Source: Pelagibius sp. (GTDB lineage Bacteria; Pseudomonadota; Alphaproteobacteria; Kiloniellales; Kiloniellaceae). Taken from it: a DNA stretch of 24,000 nt. Positions 1-6,038 of the stretch are shown here, one piece after another; the first letter of the stretch is position 1, and every line of letters begins with the position of its first letter. Location of the stretch: NCBI RefSeq assembly GCF_028289705.1, contig NZ_JANQOI010000176.1, forward strand, positions 1 to 24,000, read 5' to 3'. A model generated the notes under the pieces. That model was not told where the DNA came from. It did not search any database and saw only the letters and a program-made list of their open reading frames with translations. The position numbers and the translations under genes are program-made.

Positions 1-38
1 TGCTTAGACGGAAACACTCTCGTGTTTGCGTCTAAGCA
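1..38. repeat. Inverted repeat (hairpin) at the window edge: 17-nt arms with one mismatch and a 4-nt loop
   Basis: 1-17 tgcttagacggaaacac, loop 18-21 tctc, 22-38 gtgtttgcgtctaagca. The reverse complement of arm 1 is gtgtttCcgtctaagca, giving one G-G mismatch. It lies just downstream of the stop (64-66) of a possible minus-strand ORF, so it could be that ORF's terminator. The flank beyond position 1 is not visible. Confidence 0.5.
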
Positions 39-63
39 TGTGAATCCGCTCTACACTTAAGAA

Positions 64-393
64 TTAGAGCAGATTCACCAGGCTCGATGGATCGCTCCCG
101 CGATTCCATCGCGCCAGGATCTGCTCTAGGCGGTTGCCGAATGCTCTGCAGAGCGCTGCGTCGTGCAGCTCTGCTACCTGTTCGCCGGCGTTACAGATCG
201 ATGTTGCTGCCGGATTTGTGGCGCAAGGCTTTGACTCATCGGTTAGTTGTCGGCTGTTGCCCGGAAATCCGCTGTAACGCCTGCGGACGAAGTGCCGGTG
301 GGAGGAAAAAGTGAAGGCTTCGAAATCAAGTGCTTGGCAGCTTGGCGTGGTCCTTGCTTGCGATTCACTGTTGAGGAGATCGCCGTCTGTCAT
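64..393 (-). CDS. Hypothetical small protein (weak call)
   Basis: This is the C-terminal part of track ORF 64..708 starting from the internal ATG at 393 (MTDGDLLNSES...RLEQILARWNRGSDPSSLVNLL). Third-position GC over the last ~40 codons is about 70%, above the local GC. A hairpin follows the stop. I recognised no family motif, and the start is uncertain. Confidence 0.2.
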   Translation of the reverse strand: MTDGDLLNSESQARTTPSCQALDFEAFTFSSHRHFVRRRYSGFPGNSRQLTDESKPCATNPAATSICNAGEQVAELHDAALCRAFGNRLEQILARWNRGSDPSSLVNLL

Positions 394-420
394 GGCGTCT
401 CGCTGATTAGGTGTCTGGTC

Positions 421-792
421 GTGCAGAACCAAGACCCTCAATGGCTCCAAGCTTTGCGCCGCCGCGGGCGCGCGGCGACCGCAGGGCTCGCCCTTTTCCT
501 GTTCGCATTTGCCGTCGCGCAGCCTGCTTTTGCGGACCCTCTCCCACGAATTCTGGAAGGCAGCGGTGACGACGCCCTGGCGAAGGTTCTTGCCGACGAA
601 GAGCTGGCAGGGGTGCGCGGGCGAGGGTTGGAAGGGGGAGACCTTACAGCGGTTGGGATGGGGCCCATCGCGGTCATTCTCTGGGATGAACTGACGGAAA
701 CTCAGCAAGGCAAGCTACAGGGGCCCCAGATCTCCCACAGCACAGGCATGGGCAATGGGCAGTCGAACAGTCTGGTCACCCATCAGCAATAG
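421..792 (+). CDS. Small Sec-secreted protein ending in a single Fap-type repeat; first gene of the Fap-like cluster
   Basis: In frame with track ORF 247..792. GTG at 421 is preceded by AGGTG (409-413); TTG at 454 is an alternative start. Signal peptide RRRGRAATAGLALFLFAFAVAQPAFA|DP. The C-terminus ISHSTGMGNGQSNSLVT (730-780) aligns with FapB-like repeat 1, INQSAGDGNLQSNTAFI, at 8 of 17 identical positions. Confidence 0.6.
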   Translation: MQNQDPQWLQALRRRGRAATAGLALFLFAFAVAQPAFADPLPRILEGSGDDALAKVLADEELAGVRGRGLEGGDLTAVGMGPIAVILWDELTETQQGKLQGPQISHSTGMGNGQSNSLVTHQQ

Positions 793-1348
793 GGAGCGAT
801 TCGTCCCGGCGTTCCGCTGCCGGCTGTTATCACCGCTTGCTGTTGCCTTGGCCCTGCTCGCCGTGGCCGCCCCTGAGCTCGATGCGCAGGAGAGCGAACT
901 GCGCGAGCCCGGCGTGATCGTGCTGAGGGAGGTTCCGCCACGTATTGCCGTCAGACCAGCTCTGCCGGCGCCGCCCTTCCTGGTGAGGACGGCGCCTGAG
1001 ATCGACGTCTCGGCGATGAGCCGCATCAGCCCTGCCCTGATGTCCGCCCTCCCGATTGCCAGGGGTGAGCTGCTGAGCGATCTGGAAGCCGCAACCATCG
1101 CCCCCGACATGCCAATCCTGTCCGGCACGGCCCGCCTCGTCACCGCCGGCAGTGGCAGCCTGGTCTCGCCGGCTCTGGCCGGGGGCTCCCGGCAAGCGGG
1201 TGTCCGGCCTGTCGCGGACGGCATCCGCTCGAGCCTGGCGGCAGCGGGGCTGCTCTCGCGGTCGACCGTCAATGGCAGTGATGGCGCCGTCCAGCAAGCG
1301 ACGCGCGGACTGGGCACGACCATCCGCAATGCGCTTGTCCCAAGATGA
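755..1348 (+). CDS. Secreted Ala/Ser/Pro/Arg/Gly-rich protein occupying the fapA position
   Basis: ATG at 755 overlaps the upstream gene by 38 nt. The hydrophobic signal-like segment is LLSPLAVALALLAVAAPELDA|QE. Third-position GC is high in this frame. Composition is low-complexity and probably disordered. I recognised no family motif; the FapA analogy is positional only. Confidence 0.55.
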   Translation: MGSRTVWSPISNRERFVPAFRCRLLSPLAVALALLAVAAPELDAQESELREPGVIVLREVPPRIAVRPALPAPPFLVRTAPEIDVSAMSRISPALMSALPIARGELLSDLEAATIAPDMPILSGTARLVTAGSGSLVSPALAGGSRQAGVRPVADGIRSSLAAAGLLSRSTVNGSDGAVQQATRGLGTTIRNALVPR

Positions 1349-1367
1349 GCGTCCGGAGCAAGGCACG

Positions 1368-1982
1368 ATGACCGATCGGATCGGATGGAGACTTGCAAGC
1401 GCCCTTGCGGTCCTGGCCGTGGCGCTCTGCCCCGCGGCGGCCTTTGCCGAGGAGCTGTTCGGCCGGACGATCATAGACGACGAGGCCCTGCGAGACTTCA
1501 CAGGGGCCGCCCTGATCAATCAGTCGGCCGGTGACGGGAACCTGCAGTCCAACACCGCCTTCATTGCCACAAACGCCGAGGCGCAGGCGCGGGTGCGTAT
1601 CTCGACGGTCCAGCTTTCGGCCGCCACTCCCGACGAAACGGTTCTCGATGCCTTCGCGTTGATCGAAGGTGATGCCTTTGCCGATGCACAGGGCGTGCTT
1701 CTGGTGACTCAGGGCGCGGGGCGAAACAATCTGCAGATCAATCACCTCGCGGCGGCCCTGGGTTTGGAAGGAGAGGTCCTTGTGGAGTCCGAGCTCAGCC
1801 AGAGCCGGGCCAATGCCCTCTCGCCGCTAGCCGAAGAGCGGGAAGGAAACCGGCTCGCCCATGTCGGGCCGGGGGCCTTCCGCGATGCCGGCGGTGTCAT
1901 CCAGGTCAACCAGGTCGCGGGGCAGGAGAACGCGACCTTCAACCGCTTTGTGCTGGGCGTATCCTCGAACGCGCTGCCCTAG
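1368..1982 (+). CDS. fapB: FapB-like amyloid subunit with three imperfect Asn/Gln/Gly/Ala repeats
   Basis: Internal ATG of track ORF 1152..1982, with GGAG 9 nt upstream. Signal peptide WRLASALAVLAVALCPAAAFA|EE. Repeats: FTGAALINQSAGDGNLQSNTAFIA (1497-1568), FADAQGVLLVTQGAGRNNLQINHLAAAL (1674-1757) and FRDAGGVIQVNQVAGQENATFNRFVLGV (1878-1961). It lies directly upstream of the FapC-like gene. Confidence 0.7.
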   Translation: MTDRIGWRLASALAVLAVALCPAAAFAEELFGRTIIDDEALRDFTGAALINQSAGDGNLQSNTAFIATNAEAQARVRISTVQLSAATPDETVLDAFALIEGDAFADAQGVLLVTQGAGRNNLQINHLAAALGLEGEVLVESELSQSRANALSPLAEEREGNRLAHVGPGAFRDAGGVIQVNQVAGQENATFNRFVLGVSSNALP

Positions 1983-2340
1983 GGGCTTTCGTGTTTTGAC
2001 GGCACCAGCCCGCTTCCCCTCCTACGACCAGACCTCTCGCCGGATTTCGGCAGCGCGTGATGCCGCGCACTGTCCGGCGGCGTTACAGCCGCACGCAAAA
2101 CTCAAAAGACCGCGCGTCTTCAGGTCTTTGACGGCAGGGGGGCGGGATTCGTGTAACGGCGGCGGACAGTGGTTGTCCTCGGGCTCTTTGCCGCCGCGGG
2201 AAAAGTCCGATCCAATTCAAAGGTTTCCGAGATTGGCACCGATCTTGCGTATTAGGGAGCAGGGGAAGCCTGCTGCAGCAGTTGGCGCGTGTGCCCCGCC
2301 AGCGACCCTTACGGGTCGAGGAACAACAGGAGATTGAGCA

Positions 2341-3195
2341 ATGAACACCAGATTGGGTTTGTTTGCCATGATCGCCGTCGGGGTATCCGCGCTCGTCGCT
2401 GTACCCATGGGCGCCTTGGCGCAATCGACCAGTGTCACCTTGACCAAGTCCTACGATGAAGACGTCGATGTCGACTACGACAACACCATCGATGTTGACA
2501 TCACCAAGGACATCGATGTCGAGAAGGACCTGAACTACACCGGAACCGTGGTGATCTCCGGTAACCTCAACGTCTCCGAGGCCGCCTTGTCGCTGATCGA
2601 CAACAAGCAGATCATCGATGACAACCTCGTCGAACCGCGGGGCGACGATCCCAGCATCACCAACATCACCGTGATCGATGGGACCGTGCTGAATGCGGCA
2701 CAGGGCAACATCGGTCTCAACGTGGCGGTTGGCGACAACCTGCTGCAAGAGAATGCGGCGGCTCTGTCGGCGATCGGCACCACCTCGGCTGCGGGATCGA
2801 GCGACGCCGAGATCTTCAGCATCCAGAAGACGATCAACAACGATTTCGACGAGAGTGAGGGCGATTCAGAGGTCCTCAACCAGATCCAGTTGTTGGGCGA
2901 CGTTCTGGGTGGGGCCTCGGGCAACGCCGGCGTGAACGTCGCAGCGGGTGCCTTCAATGCCCAGAAGAATGCCCTGGCGCTTGCTGCGGTGACCGGCACG
3001 GCCACCTTGTCGGAGGCGACGGCTGCGGTCCTGCAGGAATCGACCTTCAACGATACCTGGCACGCGCAGACCACCAACGACGTGAAGTTGGGCGATCAGG
3101 TCGCGGCCGGCTTCGTTGGCAACATCGGCATCAATCTGACGTCCGGTACCAACAATCTCCAACAGAACGCGATGTCCATCTCATCGGTTCAGTAG
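2341..3195 (+). CDS. fapC: FapC-like major functional-amyloid subunit
   Basis: Strong RBS AGGAGA (2328-2333). Signal peptide LFAMIAVGVSALVAVPMGALA|QS. It has three 30-aa imperfect repeats with the G-N-x-G-[LVI]-N-[VL]-[AT]-x-G-x-x-N-x-Q-x-N-A core that I remember from Pseudomonas FapC (GVNVAAG...N.Q.N). The protein is rich in N, Q, G and A and contains no Cys. Confidence 0.8.
   Translation: MNTRLGLFAMIAVGVSALVAVPMGALAQSTSVTLTKSYDEDVDVDYDNTIDVDITKDIDVEKDLNYTGTVVISGNLNVSEAALSLIDNKQIIDDNLVEPRGDDPSITNITVIDGTVLNAAQGNIGLNVAVGDNLLQENAAALSAIGTTSAAGSSDAEIFSIQKTINNDFDESEGDSEVLNQIQLLGDVLGGASGNAGVNVAAGAFNAQKNALALAAVTGTATLSEATAAVLQESTFNDTWHAQTTNDVKLGDQVAAGFVGNIGINLTSGTNNLQQNAMSISSVQ
2686..3189 (+). repeat. 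Three imperfect 30-aa coding repeats (R1-R3) within the FapC-like gene, separated by 42-aa and 36-aa linkers
   Basis: R1 2686-2775 VLNAAQGNIGLNVAVGDNLLQENAAALSAI. R2 2902-2991 VLGGASGNAGVNVAAGAFNAQKNALALAAV. R3 3100-3189 VAAGFVGNIGINLTSGTNNLQQNAMSISSV. Confidence 0.85.
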
Positions 3196-3217
3196 TCACG
3201 GTCATTGCTTACGGTCT

Positions 3218-3268
3218 GAGGGGGCTCCGGCCAAATCCATTGGTCTGAGCCTCCTCTTTCTTCCTCTT
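3218..3268 (+). terminator. Intrinsic-terminator-like hairpin immediately after the FapC-like stop codon
   Basis: 5' arm GAGGGGGCTCCGGCCAA (3218-3234), loop atcca, 3' arm TTGGTCTGAGCCTCCTC (3240-3256). That gives 17 positions with 14 Watson-Crick pairs, 2 G-U pairs and 1 mismatch, followed by the T-rich tract TTTCTTCCTCTT (3257-3268). Confidence 0.6.
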
Positions 3269-3290
3269 GGCAGGCCCGGGGGGCGCAACG

Positions 3291-4013
3291 ATGAGCGACA
3301 GATCCTCTTGGATATCTTGGATCGCAGTCGGCTTTGCCCTGGCCATCCTGGTTGGCTTCGCTCAAGCCGGTCGCGCGGGAGAGATCCGCTTTGGCGGGGT
3401 CCTGCCGGGCGGCGGTGTCATCAACAAGCCGGTGGTCAGTCTGCGCGAAGCCAGGTACGAGGGCCTGGTGCCGCAGGAGACCGACTTCAGTTGCGGTGCG
3501 GCCTCGGTGGCGACCATCCTGAAGTACGCCTACGGGAAGCCCACCAACGAATTTGAAGTTCTGAAGGCCATGCTTGCGGTCAGTGACGAGGAGACCGTCT
3601 TGCGCAGGGGCTTCTCGCTGCTCGATATCAAGCGCTATGTGGAATCCATCGGCATGAATGCCGTGGGGTTCAGGATCGCTCCCGAGAATCTGGACAAGAT
3701 CAAGATCCCCTCCATCGTCCTTCTGGATATCAGGGGCTATCGCCACTTCGTCGTCCTCAAGAAATCGACCAACGGCAAGGTCTACGTGGCCGACCCCGCC
3801 CTGGGAAACAAGGTCCTGCGCAAGGAGGATTTTGTCGCGTCCTGGAACGGGGTGGTCCTGGCGATCGTCGCGGAGGGCTATCAGGCCGATACCGCCCTGG
3901 CACAGGCGCAGGACCCGGTGAGTGCCAAGCGCCTGCTTGGCAGCCGGGCGCCGATCGTCAACGCCGACACCTTCGATTTCGGGACCCTTCATTCGGACCT
4001 GCACCGCTTCTGA
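3291..4013 (+). CDS. fapD: FapD-like periplasmic C39-family cysteine peptidase
   Basis: ATG at 3291 (the track ORF starts at 3267). N-terminal signal or anchor WISWIAVGFALAILVGFAQA. C39 signature: Q-x5-C in PQETDFSCGAAS (Cys codon 3492-3494), His in RGYRHFVVLKK (3744-3746), Asp in VYVADPALG (3792-3794). The position after the FapC-like gene matches fap operon order. Confidence 0.8.
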   Translation: MSDRSSWISWIAVGFALAILVGFAQAGRAGEIRFGGVLPGGGVINKPVVSLREARYEGLVPQETDFSCGAASVATILKYAYGKPTNEFEVLKAMLAVSDEETVLRRGFSLLDIKRYVESIGMNAVGFRIAPENLDKIKIPSIVLLDIRGYRHFVVLKKSTNGKVYVADPALGNKVLRKEDFVASWNGVVLAIVAEGYQADTALAQAQDPVSAKRLLGSRAPIVNADTFDFGTLHSDLHRF

Positions 4014-4323
4014 CCGCCCGCCCTAAGGTCCGGCCGGATCCGGAGGCCGGCTGGCGGAGGGAGTTTGACGGCCCTTGCGCGGTCCCGCAGGGCAGCTCCT
4101 TGTCGTGACAGTCACAGGTCCCGCATAGGGGGAATCCCCTATGGGGTTTCCCTTATTTACGGGCAGTCATTCCTGTGTCGACAATGACCGCTCTACTCCA
4201 GATGCAATCAAGTGCCTTTCGGCTTGAAGTTTGAAGGTGTCCGCGGCGCAGGCAGCGGGCGAGGGGCTGTCGACGGCCTGAGTTTCGGCTCTTGCCGTCG
4301 TCGGGACAGCAAAGGAGGGGCCG

Positions 4324-5259
4324 GTGAGACGTTTGGCCGGAAGTCCAAGCTGTACGCGCCTGCCGGCCCGGGTTTGCCGTCCCTTTACTCCAGGAAACCT
4401 GACGTCATTGATCCTGCTGCTGGCGGTCCTTCTGATGCTTGGCCCGGCGGCGAGCGGCTCGTCTTATCCCGATCTCAGCGCTTTTGAGAACGCCGCCGTG
4501 GTTCCGGACTCGGAACTGGCTGAGATGCGTGGGCGCTTCGTCGAAGGGGGTGAAGTCCAGCACTTCGGTATTCAGATGTTCACCGCCTGGCAGACCGGTG
4601 ACGGCGTGGTCCTCACCACCGGCCTGGAGTGGTCGGCCGACACTGCGGGTAACGCTCAGACGCCCACCATCAGCCTGCTTCAGTCACTGCCGGACGGCAC
4701 CATCGTCGATCCGGGAGCGGGACAAGGCCCGATATCGATCGATCCGCTGGAAGGGCTTGGCGGGGTGAATCCGGACATCGTCGAGGGACCGCCCCCTGTG
4801 CCTCTGCTCCTGACAGCCAATGCGGGCGGGCTGGAGACCGCCAGCGGTGTTGTCCAGAGCGTTCAGGCTGCGGGCGATGCGAACAGCATCGGCAACGACA
4901 TGCGCTTCAACGTCACCGAGGGGCAGGTCGCCGTCTCCTTTGCCCCGCCCCCGACGCCGCTCGGTCAACCCCTATCCCTGCTGGAGACGACGACGGTCGA
5001 GTTCGACGACGGAACGAGGGCCACCGCCTTCATTGAGCCGAACTCCATCGGCTACGTGGTCAGGATCGACGACTTCGGCACGGTCCTGCAGGAGGTGCGT
5101 GGCGGTGTCGGGCGGGTGGCCCAGCACGCAAACATTCGAAGTGACCTGAACGTCATCCGCAACACGGTGAACATCAACTTTGGACTGGCTCCCAGCGTCA
5201 ATGTGCTGCGGGCAAACGTCCGTTCGGTCTTCAACTTGACAAGGGATCTGCGCCGGTGA
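4324..5259 (+). CDS. FapE-like secreted protein (assigned by position plus one Fap-type repeat)
   Basis: GTG start at 4324 with strong RBS AAAGGAGGGG (4311-4320). Signal peptide LTSLILLLAVLLMLGPAASG|SS. The internal segment GVVQSVQAAGDANSIGN (from 4846) aligns with FapB-like R3, GVIQVNQVAGQENATFN, at 8 of 17 identical positions. It lies between the C39 peptidase gene and the channel gene. Confidence 0.55.
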   Translation: MRRLAGSPSCTRLPARVCRPFTPGNLTSLILLLAVLLMLGPAASGSSYPDLSAFENAAVVPDSELAEMRGRFVEGGEVQHFGIQMFTAWQTGDGVVLTTGLEWSADTAGNAQTPTISLLQSLPDGTIVDPGAGQGPISIDPLEGLGGVNPDIVEGPPPVPLLLTANAGGLETASGVVQSVQAAGDANSIGNDMRFNVTEGQVAVSFAPPPTPLGQPLSLLETTTVEFDDGTRATAFIEPNSIGYVVRIDDFGTVLQEVRGGVGRVAQHANIRSDLNVIRNTVNINFGLAPSVNVLRANVRSVFNLTRDLRR

Positions 5260-5377
5260 CGGAGCCTTGCCGAAGCGTCCGAAGCCGTCAGGCGATGCCG
5301 CCATTCCTTCCGTTGGCGGCCGGCCCCGACGCCGTCGACGGCAAGCCGCACAGCGCCGAATGGGGAGATGAGACGGC

Positions 5378-5980
5378 ATGATCTTCGCTTCACCCTGGCC
5401 GATTGGCCTCTGCGCCCTGATCCTTCTGGGTCTCGCCCCGGCGCCTGTCAGCGCCGCCGATGCCAATGGACAGTTTGCCACAAAGGGCATCGGCGTTCTG
5501 AGTTGCGGTGTATTCGTCGAAGCCCGTTCGCAAGGCGCGGCGACGGCTTCACGCTTGAAGGACTGGCTTGATGGTTACCTCACAGCAACCAATCGTTACG
5601 AGCCGAACACCTTCGATGTTGCCCCTTGGGGGCCCAGTGAGGTGTTCGCGATCATCATTGAGAACCATTGCCGGCAGAATCCCGATGAAGGTTTCGCCCA
5701 GGCAGCGCAGCGGCTGGTTCTCTCGATCGGCAATGATCGGCTGGCCCGGCGCTCGCCGTTGCGCACCGTGACGGCGAACGGAGCTAACACGCAGATCTAT
5801 GACGAGGTGCTCCGGCGCGTGCAAGCGCAGTTGGCCGAGCGCGGTCTCTACAACGGGCAGCCCGACGGTGTGTTTGGGCCCCGAACGCGGGATGCGATCG
5901 CCACCTTCCAGATCAGCGAAGGCATGGACGGTACCGGGCTTCCCGATCCGCTGACGGTCTGGAAGCTGGTCCAGCCCTGA
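5378..5980 (+). CDS. Secreted protein with a C-terminal peptidoglycan-binding (PG_binding_1-like) domain
   Basis: Signal peptide PIGLCALILLGLAPAPVSA|AD. The C-terminus QAQLAERGLYNGQPDGVFGPRTRDAIATFQISEGMDGTGLPDPLTVWKL matches the classic PGB1 pattern (G.Y.G..DG.FG..T..A...FQ...GL...G). I did not recognise the N-terminal domain. Confidence 0.75.
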   Translation: MIFASPWPIGLCALILLGLAPAPVSAADANGQFATKGIGVLSCGVFVEARSQGAATASRLKDWLDGYLTATNRYEPNTFDVAPWGPSEVFAIIIENHCRQNPDEGFAQAAQRLVLSIGNDRLARRSPLRTVTANGANTQIYDEVLRRVQAQLAERGLYNGQPDGVFGPRTRDAIATFQISEGMDGTGLPDPLTVWKLVQP

Positions 5981-6038
5981 GACGGCGCCGGGGTAGCCGT
6001 TCGGAAGACAGGAGTCGATTGGTCTGTTGAGGACGCCT

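Noticed and set aside
1152-1367. N-terminal extension of the FapB-like ORF (track 1152..1982), with similar extensions at 16577..16732, 7991..8185, 16536..16625 and 247..420
   Set aside because: The extensions overlap upstream genes or intergenic DNA, have junk-like composition, and precede internal starts that have Shine-Dalgarno sequences followed by proper signal peptides or domain N-termini.
715-1519. Minus-strand ORFs 715..1398 (227 aa) and 830..1519 (229 aa)
   Set aside because: They are antisense to the plus-strand secreted-protein genes, which have high third-position GC and signal peptides. The minus-strand translations are Arg/Ser/Ala-rich with no motifs.
2083-4004. Minus-strand ORFs 2083..2748, 2535..3077, 2866..3162 and 3189..4004
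   Set aside because: They are antisense to the FapC-like gene (three clear repeats) and the FapD-like gene (C39 catalytic motifs). No domains were recognised.
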